Shown: positions 27,591 to 40,508, numbered from the stretch's first letter. The stretch: 64,000 nucleotides of DNA from Octopus vulgaris (GCA_951406725.2 OX597815.1:121086001-121150000), one strand, 5' to 3'. Numbers and translations are program-made. The notes: generated by a model from the letters alone, not told the origin.

Positions 27591-28031
27591 TTTGTGTTAA
27601 CTACATCCCAAAGATGAAGCCTAGTGCTATATTTATTCAGTGAGGCCTAAAGGTATGACATAAGGCGGGGAGGAAGGGAGGCCTAAAAGAAGAGGAGATG
27701 CAACCAGCATGTTCAAAATCTCAGAGGCTTTGTAAAGTCATAACAGCATTGGATAGAATAACTCACAGAATATGTCCTGATACTCAGCACTCTGAGTTCA
27801 GATCAGCCAAGGTCAGCTTTGCCTTTTATCTTTTTAGATATGATAAAGTAAGGTGCCAATCCAGGATGATAGATTGGTTAAACTATACGGGCAGTGAACT
27901 GGATACCTTGTGATATTTGTTCTGGTTGTCTCCATTCAGAATTCAAATCCTGCATTGGCCTACATGAGTGGTTGACCTAATCTATTGCTTGGTTTAATAC
28001 CACCTGACACCTTGGATACCTGTAACCCTTT

Positions 28032-28072
<41 letters not shown>

Positions 28073-28490
28073 AGTGTGTATGTATATGTATATATATATA
28101 TGTATATATATATGTATATATCTATATCTATATATATATATATATGTATGTATATATATATGTATATATATATATATGTGTGTGTGTATAAACTCTATAT
28201 TTGGAAGGACCCACTTTCCTCTCCTTTTGTTTCAGTTAACATTGAAAATAAAGAAGTTATATAACTTTGTCATTATTAAGCTGAATTAAGGCAGCAAGGA
28301 AAGTGGACGTTAAATGCTGATGATGATGTGTATATGTGTATGTATATATAATATGTCTAGGAGTGTGAGTGTGTACGTGTGTGTATCAATGAATGAATGA
28401 ATGAATGAATGTATTTATGTATTTATTTACATACATTTAACATCCAATACTTTGCTGGCATGTATTGAACACACACATATATATATATAT

Positions 28491-28765
28491 CGCCTTACTG
28501 GCACCTGTGCCGGTGGCATGTGTAAAAGATTCGAGCAAGGTCGTTGCCAGTACTGTCTGACTAACCCCATGCCGGTGGCACGTAAAAGCACCCACTACAC
28601 TCTCGGAGTGGTTGGCGTTAGGAAGAGCATCCAGCTGTAGAAACTCTGCCAGATCAAGATTGAAACCTGGTGCAGCCATCTGGTTCACCAGCCCTCAGTC
28701 ATTTGTCCAACCCATGCTAGCATGGAAAGCAGATGTTAAACGACGACGATGATGATGATGATGAT
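28491..28765 (+). mobile_element. PHD-RTE family 3'UTR fragment in (TA)n
   Basis: GTGGCACGTAAAAGCACCCACTACACTCTCGGAG..CCAACCCATGCTAGCATGG..(GAT)n. Confidence 0.88.
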
Positions 28766-28782
28766 ATATATATGTATCTATA

Positions 28783-28833
<51 letters not shown>

Positions 28834-28857
28834 ATCTATATGTACATCTATATATAT

Positions 28858-29550
28858 AGGTCTCACTGAGGAAATGACCTGCGACCGAGACCTTTGGAAA
28901 TATGCTGTGTGTGAAAAGACCAGGCAGGACAAGTGAGTCCAGCCCACTTATGCATGCCTTTCCTCCCTTGGACACACAAAGACCTGTTGAGGCAAGCGAA
29001 GTCGATATTGAACCTCATCCGACGACAGGCACCTATGCCTACCCTACTTTGCTTGCGAAGACCTGTTGGGGCAAGTGAAATCAAAATCAAAATCGAAATC
29101 GGAATCGAAATTGAACCAATCCTATGACTGGCACCTGGCAGATGCCAGGACCCCTGGACTGGAGATACGTAAAAAGCACTATCCGAATCGTGGCCGATGC
29201 CAGCGCCGCCTCGACTGGCTTCCGTGTCAGTGGCACGTAAAAAACACCATCCGAATCGTGGCCAAAGCCAGTGCCGCCTTGACTGGCTTCCGTGCAGGTG
29301 GCACATAAAATGCACCAATCCGACCATGGCCGATGCCAGCCTCGCCTGGCTCCAGTGCAGGTGGCACGTAAAAAGCACCCACTACACTCACGGAGTGGTT
29401 GGGGTTAGGAAGGGCATCCAGCTGTAGAAACATTGCCAGATAAGACCGGAGCCTGGGGCAGCCTTCTGGCTTCCCAGATCCCCGGTCGAACCGTCCAACC
29501 CATGCTAGCATGGAGAACGGACATTAAACGATGATGATGATGATGATGAT
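28858..29550 (+). mobile_element. PHD-RTE family 3' fragment (last codons plus 3'UTR) in (TA)n
   Basis: GLTEEMTCDRDLWKYAVCEKTRQDK*, minisatellite and (GAT)n tail. Confidence 0.9.
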
Positions 29551-29627
29551 ATATATATATATATATACATACACACACATATATATATATACATATATAT
29601 ACATACATACATACATACATACATACA

Positions 29628-29658
<31 letters not shown>

Positions 29659-29934
29659 GTGTGCGATTGTGAGTGAGTATGAGTGTGTTGTGGGGGAGAG
29701 AAAGAAGACAAGAATTCTCTTCTTGTGTCTAGTTTAGCGCTTGAGTGCACATTGAAATGTAAACCATGTTTTTGTTCCTGAACCATGTTTTCTAGCCTCT
29801 AGATAAAATTTCAAACTCATTCTGTAAATTTTATTTTCACAGACTCTTCTCCATTCTAGCTCAGCATATTCCCTCTCTCTAATCTTTCTGCCTATCCAGT
29901 TGTCTCTCTCACCTTATCTTTTAATTTCTCTTTT

Positions 29935-29968
<34 letters not shown>

Positions 29969-30477
29969 TTTGTCTCTCTATCTATCTATCTTCCTATCAA
30001 CTACCCCCTCCTCCAATATCTTCAATATTTATTCACTTTTTCTCTCTGGGGGAAGAAGTTGTTTGTTATTATTAATGAAAACTAAATGAAAATTTCCAAT
30101 TTACTTTTTAACTTTCACCATCAACAATTAATATAAGTGATCCATTAATTCAAGAAGAATTGTTTTCTTGTCTTTAGTTTATCTCTTCAATGCACACCAA
30201 AATATAAATCATGTTTTTGTTCCTGCAAGAATTGCTTTCTTGTCTCTAGGTTACACCTCCAATACACACCAAAATACAAACCATGATTTGGTTCCAACTA
30301 ATGCACCACCTGTCCTACCCCTTCCACTACATTTGCACCATTGACTTTAATTTTCTCCCTATGTAACTAATAGTATGGTGTTAGCGTCATTCTGAGACTA
30401 CAGCTGCAAGCTACCCACACCATACGTACCTAAGTACATGCATACTTAAGTACATACGTATGTAGGTATATACTTAC

Positions 30478-30695
30478 AGAAACGTTAGCACGAAAGGCAA
30501 AATGCTCAGCCGTATTTCGTCTGTCGCTACATTCTGAGTTCAAATTCCACCGAGGTCGACTTTGTTTTTCATCCTTTCGGGGTCGATTAAATAAGTACCA
30601 GTTATGCACTGGGGTCGTTATAATCGGCTTAATCCGTTTGTCTGTCCTTGTTTGTCCCTTCTATGTTTAGCCCCTTGTGGGTAGTAAAGAAATAG
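30478..30695 (+). mobile_element. tRNA-SINE family A
   Basis: Match to 46605-46825. Confidence 0.85.
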
Positions 30696-30752
30696 GTATA
30701 TACTTACATAGGTACATACATATATGCATGCATGCATACATACATACATACA

Positions 30753-30783
<31 letters not shown>

Positions 30784-30812
30784 TACATTACATATATACT
30801 CACTCACACATA

Positions 30813-32331
30813 CAGCCTTGGCTAAAAGTATTAGGCCACCTCAATGTTTTGGGGTTTCGCTATCTCAATATTAATAAAACTTGTGCACATGGTAGATTAT
30901 GGTATATTTCACAATATACATTAGTTTTAATACCTAGTTGACCCTTTTTAGCATCAGTTACTACTGTACTGTATATATGCAACGAATTATGAGTAAGACC
31001 AACGTCCAAAATTAACTTCCTTGATTATTTCAGAGTTTTATGCTAAAATACGTTGTAGATACACATAAAAAAAACTCCAGTAAAATGTCTAAAACAAGGG
31101 AGTTGAGTGAGTGTGAGCGAGGTCAAATCGTATCTTATCATGAAGATGGAATGTCTCAAAGGCAAATTGCTCAGAAAATGAAATATTCCTGATGTGCGGT
31201 GTAAAAAATGACTCTCAAGCGCTTCAGAGAGACAAAAGATACGAATACAAAGAACTGGTAGAAAAAAGTTACACCACTTCGTGACGACAGACCCATCATC
31301 CGTCAGTCGCTCAGAAACAGGAGAAAAACATCGTTGGGGCTCTGTACGGACTTCAATGAGGCAAGTACTTCACAAACATCAACTAGAACTGTTAGAAGAA
31401 GGCTTTTAGAGTACGGTCTGAAAGGCTGTAAAGCCAGGAAGAAGCCATGGGTTTCTGAAGCGAATATGGAAAAACGTCTTCAGTGGGCCAAAACCTCTCA
31501 AACTGGACCAGTGAGCAATGGTCGAAAGTCATATGGTCTGATGAAAGTAACTATGAAGTAAGATAGTATATGTATTCAATCAACACATAAACTTAATGTA
31601 ACTGGTTTGTTACCCAAAATATATTTTTAAAAAGTATCCAACATAAAGCTAATAGTATTTTTCATGTTTTTATTCAGGTTTGCAGTAGTGTGTTGCAGAG
31701 TTGGGGAAGCATTTAAGGCTGAATGTCTGGTACCAACCGTAAAACATAGTAGTGGTTCTATTATGGTGTGAGCCTGCAGGTCTGCCACAGGAGCCGGAGA
31801 AATGATTTTATGTCAGGGAAGGATGAATTCAGCTACCTATGTTTCTATGTTATTGGATTTTTAGAGCCATCAGTTGCTAAATTGCATCCAGGAGTATCGA
31901 AAAGCAGTGTTACCTTTCAACAGGACAACGCTCCATGTCATACAGCAAAGAATACTCGTCAATGGTTTGAAACACAGGGTATTGTTCCCATGGACTGTCT
32001 CGCTCAAAGTCCCGATCTAAATCCGATCGTACACCTATGGGGAACTCTTGGTGAAGCTATTAGGAACACAACAATTAAAAAATAAAGAGCATTTGTACTA
32101 AAAGTTGAGAAAACAATGGAGTAAAATTGCACCTACCACCTGCAAGAAACTAACTGATTCAATACCTAACCATATAAAAGTAGTAACTGATGCTAAAAAG
32201 GGTCAACTAGGTTTTAAAACTAATGTATATTGTGAAATATACCATAATCTATCATGTGCACGAGTTTCATTAACATTGAGATTGCAGAACCCCAAAACAT
32301 TGAGGTGGCCAAATACTTTTGGCCAAGGCTG
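30813..32331 (+). mobile_element. Full-length Tc1-family DNA transposon (DD34E), ~155-bp TIRs, TA TSD
   Basis: TA|CAGCCTTGGCTAAAAGTATT..AATACTTTTGGCCAAGGCTG|TA; TIRs about 30813-30966 and 32179-32331. Confidence 0.95.
31085..32216 (+). pseudogene. Tc1 transposase pseudogene with a 120-bp GT-AG intron (31558-31677)
   Basis: MSKTRELSECERGQI.. HTH region, ARKKPW, WSDES, TVKH..GSIMV, FQQDNAPCH, SPDLNPI(V); several stops and frameshifts; catalytic E replaced by V. Confidence 0.9.
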
Positions 32332-32484
32332 TACACACATGCATACATGCACACACACACACACACACATGCATACACGTATACATACACGTATACATAC
32401 ATACATACATACATACATACATACATACATACATACATACATACATACATACATACATACATACATACATACATACATACATAC

Positions 32485-32700
32485 AAAAATCTATAAAACT
32501 TTCCAGAAGTTTATTATTTAAGTATATATGAGCATGTCTAGACATGCAGCTATATGCATGAGAATACATGCATAAAACAAAATATAGAAATCTGCACATA
32601 TACGTATGTTGTTGAAATTCCAATGAAGGAGCCTTGGATTTAGGTTAGAAAACAGCTTTCTCTATTGACAAGAAATCTTCAAATAAAGCTAAATGACGAC
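32485..32700 (+). mobile_element. 3' end of the (ATAC)n-associated RLE LINE
   Basis: KIYKTFQKFII* plus 3'UTR; (ATAC)n at both junctions. Confidence 0.85.
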
Positions 32701-33239
32701 ATACATACATACATATCCCCATCCTCATGACTAAGGGTCAGGTGTTTCAGCTACAACCATTACTATCTATTCTTTGTAACTTCGTGTCCTTTTTACGTTG
32801 AATATGGGCAGTTGGCCCCAACGTTTCCTCTGACCAAATTGCTGTCAAGGTTGACTCCTTCAGTCATCACTTCTTTGCAAGCACCACCAAGCAGTGAAGG
32901 TTTATCCCCAGAGTCGATTTTTCTCTTAGTTTCGCTGCCTCCCAAGGTTGCCATGCCCTGACCACCAGCCTAGTTACACCATTGGTACAGCTCTGAACGC
33001 AGTAGTGCTTTCTCCAAAGGACATGCATCAACATAAACTAAGGAATGTCTCTTTCCCATTTGTCATACACCAATGGTCATACTGGAGTAGAGGCCAGTAG
33101 ATGTGTGTTGTAACCAATGGCAAGATGGAAGAAGAGTCAACCAGACTCCTCATGAGTAAGAAACAGATGTACAAATTTCACAAAGTGATATTAGTAATGT
33201 AGTGGAGTAGTCAAAAGATAAAATAACTGAGTCAAGCAA

Positions 33240-34093
33240 TGTGGGAAAAAATAATTATCTCCTCATATACACCTGCAAACAAAGTTGACAGATGAATAGT
33301 TCTTCTGCAAGATACTTTCACAACAAAATCAGTCTCCCCATTATCGTGACAACGATTGTATTGGACATGACGGGCAAACCAACATGGCTTTTCTGGCGTG
33401 CATGAGGTATGCGAGAAATGCGGAAAAAAAACCAAGGTTCTATTAACAATAGAAATTTCTGGAAACGAGCCAATCAGACAGATTTTGGTAGGTCATCTTA
33501 AAAGTTAAGTCTTTCGTCAGTAAACAATATATTTCTCAACACATATGTGATTAGCAACTTGATCATAAGTGCGATGTGAACTCAGAGACTTAGTAATTTG
33601 GAGAAAACGACAGGGTAGCTGTAAGATTCAGAAAAGTCCTAATTAACGATTATGACTGAAACGAGGAAGAAATAAAGCTTCATAACATGAAGGAAAACTG
33701 AAAGTTTCTACAAAGCAACCCACTGATTTCTAATGATTTGATCAATAGCTAGTACATGGTCCCTACCAAATGATAGGTGACAGAGAGGTAATACCATAAA
33801 AGCGAAGAGATATTTGAAATTCTTGAAGGAAGAAGACAGTAGAGCTGTACGAAGTCGCTAGTAAAGAAGCTAGACGCCAAGTGAGATTAAATAGGAAATA
33901 AACAAGTATTTAGATGTTTGCACATACCCTGCAACATGCTCTGCATTGCAAGACAGCGTGGTAGAGAAAATTACAATGTTATTTTAGAAAAGTGCTTTAA
34001 GGATGGTTGCAATGTACTTCTTCCACTCACTGATGCTGAATAAATAGGCAATTTCAAATTAGGCCCGTGTGTGTGTGCGCGCGAGCTTGTGTG

Positions 34094-34124
<31 letters not shown>

Positions 34125-34440
34125 CCAATCATCCAAGTTCACACTAATGTGATAGATGGAAAGGTTAAGGATATGGATACAGGAAAGTCAGTTTGTCTGG
34201 TAGAGTTGCCGAAACGCTGGAAATATTTGCCAAGGTGGAACGTGTGCTAGCTACGCTCATAATCAATCAGGTTGCACAGGAAGGTATCATACCCAATGAC
34301 CGGTGCTGCAATGTCACTGCAAACACTATGTTGATTATGTTCGTTACGAAAATTACTGAAAGAGTTCAAGAAAAGGTAATTAGAAACAGAATTAACCTAG
34401 ATGAGATGCAGCTGACCTCAGAGGACTTCTCTGAAGCTAT
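33240..34440 (+). mobile_element. Heavily decayed RTE LINE (endonuclease to start of RT)
   Basis: Remnants IISSY, ELYEVA.KEARRQV, NQVAQEGIIPND, KITERV..INLDEMQ align to the 55919-57936 protein. Confidence 0.75.
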
Positions 34441-34586
34441 GCACTTCCTACCACTTGAAGAGTAGTAAATACTGCTAAATGCAATGATCGGCGTGAAAGT
34501 GTCGATAACTTTCTAACCAGGAATGTACTACTCGACAATACGCACACACGCACACAAACACACACACACTGTATGTATGTATGTAT

Positions 34587-35422
34587 GTCATTATTCAGTT
34601 TATTTCAAGATTTCTTGCCAATAGAGAATGAACCGATTTCTAACCTAGATCCAAGGTTCCTAGGAATTTCAACATCAACAACAGGGTATTTTTGTTTGTA
34701 TGCATGTATGCATGTATGTGTGTTTGTATGTATGTATTTATCTATGAGCAGATTTGTATGTCTTATGTATGTATTCTCATGTATATAGTTACATATCTAA
34801 ACATGCCCATTTATATTTAAATGATAAACTTCTCGAAAGCTTTACAGATTTTTACAGTTCCAGTGATGGATTGGATCTGTAGTCTTCGAATTAGCTTTCT
34901 CCTTTCTTGCTCTGAGAAGCCTAATTTCTCAAGATCGGTATACACTTGAACTTGTAATCCAGATAGAGTAACTGCAGATTTCTCAATAGTTCAACATAAG
35001 TCGTCTCATTTTCACTGACCTTCAGCTTTATGTTAACATCCGCTGAGTAGCTAATTTCCACAACTGTGCACAGTTTCTCTTCTCTATCCCAAATCATTAT
35101 ATCAGGTCTGTTGTGCTAACATTTTATTGATGTCTTCACGGGTACATTCCACCAGTATTCCTTTTTATTGTGAATGGCTATGGCTTCTACCATATTGTGG
35201 GTTCTTCTCGCTTTGTTCTCGGAATTATCCTTCCGACGGATTTCATTATAGAGTATCCTAGCTACAATGTCATGCCTCATCGGTAGATAATACTGTGATA
35301 ACATTTTCAGACAACTGCTTGTGATGTGGGTGATATCTTCAATGTAAACACCACAAAGTCTGCATCGGTTGTCACATTTTACGGCTTTTCCTGCATCTCT
35401 ATCCTTTTGTGCATCAGGTGCT
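34587..35422 (-). mobile_element. 5'-truncated RLE (R4-clade-like) LINE flanked by (ATAC)n; longest well-preserved copy of this family here
   Basis: CRLCGVYIEDITHITSSC (CCHC), RHD, WWNVPVKTSIKC.HNRPDIMIWD, VEIS; ORF end near 34817; 3'UTR ends GAATAATG-(ACAT)n. Confidence 0.9.
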
Positions 35423-35516
35423 GTATGTATGCATGTATGTATGTAAATATGTATATATATATATCTGCCTGCACGTGCGTATGTGTATATATATATTTTA
35501 AACACACACACTCGTG

Positions 35517-35569
<53 letters not shown>

Positions 35570-35570
<1 letters not shown>

Positions 35571-35920
35571 ATTTCTTGTTATCGGATTCCTTGACGAGCC
35601 GTTCGGACTTCACTTAGCCATCGTAGAATGATCTGCTTGACCTGCAGCATACTATTGGCCATTTCCCGGAGTATTTTTGGGCTTTGAAAAGATGGCATCC
35701 CGCTAATTAGGCGGACAGGCCATGATTACTTCTTCGGGTTTGCTAGCTTCCAAACTCCAGCGAATAGACTATATGCCTGTTTCAGCGACTGTCTTTCTGA
35801 AGGATCAGTAGTTAAACAATCTGGGCCAAGCTGGAAAAGAAGGCCGCAATCAAGATAGAATTGGAAGCACGTTGTGACCATTGATGTCTTACAACATCCG
35901 ATAATCTGGTCGATACAGGT

Positions 35921-35925
<5 letters not shown>
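35570..35925 (-). mobile_element. Possible decayed mariner 3' portion
   Basis: Weak similarity to a mariner C-terminus (FYDG..ERLVK..DN). Confidence 0.3.
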
Positions 35926-35977
<52 letters not shown>

Positions 35978-36031
35978 TTATAAAGAAAATAAGGCAAGGT
36001 AGAAAATGCTATAATTTTATCATGCAATACA

Positions 36032-36394
36032 TTAGTACCAGTTTTTGTCTTTTCGACTTCTTCAACTAAGAATAAAACAATGGTGGATATTAATTAAGAA
36101 GAAAAATAATTAAATTGAGGAAAAAATTAAATGAAATGTTCTGTAAATATTTCCTTAGTTTTCAACACAATTTTTCAGATCTGCTACTACCTACCTGCCT
36201 GACAAAACCTTCACAAAAAACAAAAGAAAGAGAGAGAAATTAAGGAAAATGTCCCACCTATTTGAAGACTATGGAAATATTTACAAAACATTTCATTCAA
36301 TTTTTTCTTCAATTTAATTGTTTTTCTTCTTAATTAATATTCACCTTTGTTTTACTCTTGATTGAAAAACTCGAAAACCAGAAACCGGTACTAA
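36032..36394. mobile_element. Foldback MITE with ~130-bp imperfect inverted arms
   Basis: TTAGTACCAGTTT..GTTTTCAA is mirrored by TTGAAGAC..AAACCGGTACTAA. Confidence 0.8.
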
Positions 36395-36521
36395 AATTAT
36401 TTGTCTTATTTTGCTTTTACATATCCATTTGTGTGACCTTTTCAACACACATACACACACACACACATATATATATAAATTCCCGCGCGCATATATATGC
36501 ATATATGCATGCACGCATGTA

Positions 36522-37060
36522 TACGAGGATGAATCAGTAATTAATTTACCGGGTACTTAATATTTTCCTTTAGGCAAGAAAGTTAGTCATGCGCATATCA
36601 CAAGATAGGGGAATGGCATCTCTTAAGTCGATATGGCGCAGGTTTGTACTTGAAAAGTCAATCAATTCGTTGTTATTATTACGTTAACCATTATCAATCT
36701 GCTTTCTCTTTACTCCGAAGTAGAACAGTGTCCAGTGGTTCATTTTCTCTACACTGAGAGTACGTCCATTGAAGTCTCAGCACAAAATAAGAAGAGTACT
36801 TTGCAGCAATAGATTGTCCATGAATGAAGTGTAACATTAAGTTAATGGTTGCGCTAGTGCTATGCATCATGAAGGAGCTGAATGTTCGACCCCGCCCTGT
36901 GCCGATGACAATATTGAAGTAGTCAGTGAAATGGTTCCCTTGAACAAACTGATGACGAATGATGAATTATATGCAAATTATAGTATGCAAAAATAAAATG
37001 AAAATTAGTTATGGCTCTGCCAATGAAGTCCTCCACAATAGACACAGTTATGATCAACAT
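36522..37060 (+). mobile_element. Decayed mariner-like transposon 5' portion
   Basis: Starts TA|CGAGGATGAATCA (mariner-type TIR); degenerate N-terminal EQCPVVHFL..E motif. Confidence 0.55.
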
Positions 37061-37171
37061 AATAACAACGCTTCGCGTTCAAGTCTAGACTATGGTGGCC
37101 AGAGAAGGATTTTATGTGGTGAGCGTGCAACTAATTTTCACAGTAATGGGAGAAAAAAAATGAAAACACAT

Positions 37172-37550
37172 TCTTTTCTTTTCTACTCTAGGCAAAGGCC
37201 CAAAATTTATGGGGAGGGGGCCCAATCGATTAGATCGACCCAGTACGCAACTGGTATTTGATTTATCGACAAAGTGGTACTTCATTTAAAAGCAAAGTCG
37301 ACCTCCACAAAATACCTATTTCTTTACTACCCACATGGGGCTAAACACAGAGAGGACAAACAAGGACAGGCAAACGGATTAAGTCGATTATATCGACCCC
37401 AGTGTTTCACTGGTACTTAATTTATCGACCCCGAAAGGATGAAAGGCAAAGTCGCCCTCAGCGGAATTTGAACTCAGAACGTAACGGCAGACGAAATACC
37501 GCAAAGCATTTCGCCCGGCGGGCTAACGTTTCTGCCAGCTCACCGCCTTA
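37172..37550 (-). mobile_element. tRNA-SINE family A plus a partial tandem copy
   Basis: Reverse-complement match with CpGs intact. Confidence 0.88.
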
Positions 37551-38574
37551 AAATGGAAACACATTACGAATAATTATTGACCACTCAGCGTCGACACGTG
37601 TAATGCGCGTGCATGTAATTTTTCTAATAGCAGAAGAATTAATTGCAAGTTACTCTTCAGCTGCAGATTTGAACTTGAAACATCAATTCAGTTGTTTTTA
37701 TGCTTGAAAATATGTCGAATGAAAACCGAAGACATACCACAAGTTCTCGCCGACACTATATAGAATTATTTTCTGACTCCTCTTTGAGATGTTTTATATG
37801 GAAGTAGTTTAACTACTTGTAAACTAAGAAGTATTTTCTGTATATCTATGAATTGTTATTTCATTGACATTTCAACAGTGGGAGTTAAGCGAACTGTGAT
37901 GATGGTTAACAGATCTGAAATCCACAATCTGTTGACTTGTAATGGGGAAATATCCCACTTCTCATTACTCACTTAGATTTTGTACTTCTAGTGATCTCAT
38001 GACGATATTTTAGTTTCATTGTTAGTTTAGCCAATCGGAAATTTTAACTCTTAGCTCATAACTTCGCGAGTCACTTTTGGCCAGTTCATCAAAACACGTC
38101 AGCATATTATATTTATCGCCACGTATGTTATTTTAGTTAACTAGATATTGTACCCTATCAGAAGACTTTTAGCCAGTAAGAAAGTCATAGTCTGAGGGAT
38201 TTTGTTTTGACTATATTAACCAAGGAAAATTTATTCAGACCTATTGGCTTATTTCTTGCTCATTCGCTCAACATCATACAAGTCTCTTGTACCGGTACCG
38301 ACGGTTATAACTATGGCCCCTCTCCCTCCTCTTCTTTTTGTTTTCTCTCCCTTTATCGTTAGCTTAGCGATCAGACTTTTTATATTTTATTTTATTTCAA
38401 CATTAACAGAAAAACTTCTCGCTTAAAAATACGGACATTATATATTTCTCTTTTTCTATGGCTAGCTTTTGTCTGATCCTACACATTTGTCTCTACCACA
38501 AGAATTATTCGATTGGCACGAAATATGTATGTTTTCCATAATGCATTTCTAAAGCATAAATTATCAAATGGACG

Positions 38575-38593
38575 TGTAGCGGACGCTTAGTGA

Positions 38594-38638
<45 letters not shown>

Positions 38639-39678
38639 TCTCTCATATATAACATAAATACGGATGTAGCAGATAACAGCTAACCTTCGGCCGCTTGGGC
38701 CCTGTTGTGTCTACTACTCTGATTGGTTGGTATTGGCGCAATTTGTCTCTTGCTCTATCACGCGCCAATATGTAACCCAACCAGCCGCAACCTTCTAATA
38801 AGGTCCCGTGACACAGTTTTTCTAAAGCTCTGTTTGAGCCTATAATTTTCTATTAAGCACAGCGAATGATCGAGTCGAACGTCTTTGGTTCTAGACCACT
38901 GACCACCGAGCACTCAGGCAATTCCAGCAACACAGCCATGTTCCAGCGACGCAGCCAGTTCCAGCGACAGACAACACTAGCAGAATTCCGGACCTCCACC
39001 TCCGTCGCCTTCATCTTTCCCTCGTCTTCATCTTTCCGTCGCCTACATCTTAACGTCGCCTCCACCACCATCGCCTTCATCTTATCGACGCCAACAACAT
39101 CACTACGTACACAACAACTTCGCTTTGGTTCAACTTCTCACTGTTTGTGAATTACTTCACGATGGTTAACGGTAAGCTCAACCTGCGAGAACCTTCTGTA
39201 CCAAGTAACCCGGCAGTGGTATTGTAGCCACAACTACTTACACATGTGCTTTCGACCGGCTCTGCCTTTTATTCCTCATCTTCTTGTTACAGAACTTCTA
39301 CTATTGTCTACTTTACTACGAACTGGTATTTATCTTCATTGTATCTGAACTTCTAACGTCCTGTTATAGACTTTCTGTGCTCTGTATTTTATCTCTCATG
39401 CATACATCCTTGTTTGTACACACATACACATTATGTATGCTTGACGGCTTGTCTATTATTGCTCTTATTCTATATGTACTTATGACGCACACACAGACAC
39501 ACACTCTGCTAGAATCTAAATAAAACCTTTCTCTTAACATTCTACGGCTGTGTCGTCTTCCTTTTTCCTTCTGGCACTCATACTCATGTATCCATTTTGG
39601 CTTTTATTGTAAGCGACCGTGCGGTGTATTAAAGGAGGCATTCATTCGTCACCTCTCCTTTCGCGCGGTCGTTCTACA
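38575..39678 (+). mobile_element. Solo LTR (Gypsy-like), copy 1
   Basis: TGTAG..CTACA termini, perfect 4-bp TSD GACG, CCAAT boxes, TATAA at ~38841, AATAAA at ~39519. Confidence 0.85.
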
Positions 39679-40452
39679 GACGTATCAATGTACATTTTCA
39701 CAAACGCATTTGTGTAAACTTCACCTTCATTGTTGCAAATTAAGATCCGAAAATTTGCCTCTAAAATGCGTCTCATTTTCTTAAACCACGTGCTCGGTAA
39801 TTATTATTGCCTTATTTTACGGACAAAACTAGTTAGGATCAATGTTAGTTGACATTTAGGCAATTAAAAAGTGAGAGATTTATATACAATCTCTGTTTAT
39901 TGTTATATCTACAGTTTCAATAAATGCATACATACCCATACTATGCGTTTTGTTAATTGTTTCGAAATGGTTGTTAAACTAACACCAGTATACAAATTAA
40001 CTTACGCACGTGCATATTAAGAAGCATTTTCTAGGCTACAACAACTATTGTTGTGTGTGTGTGTTTCGCAGTATCACGATATCAGTTTTAACGTAAATCT
40101 GGTGGCGATTTAAACAAATCTGAGATTACAGTCAGTTTGATGTCTGCGTCGTATTGCTAAGAACTTGACTGCATTCTGCTAAGTTTCATTTCACAGAATG
40201 ATTATGTTTGTATTAAACATATAAATATAATTTGTTAGTTTTACTACTTGAGACTATGCTTTTTTTTTAATATTATTTGACCTCACTAAAAGACAGAAAA
40301 ACAGGAGTTTTTGTTCATTTGTCTGTATTCTTGATATTTGTCTATTCTTTCTGTTCTCTATCTATCGAATGTATTTTATTTTAGTTTTATGATTGAAGAA
40401 GCTTCCTAATTCCTTTAGAGTATGGTAAATATAATCTTATACTGTCTATTTT

Positions 40453-40508
<56 letters not shown>

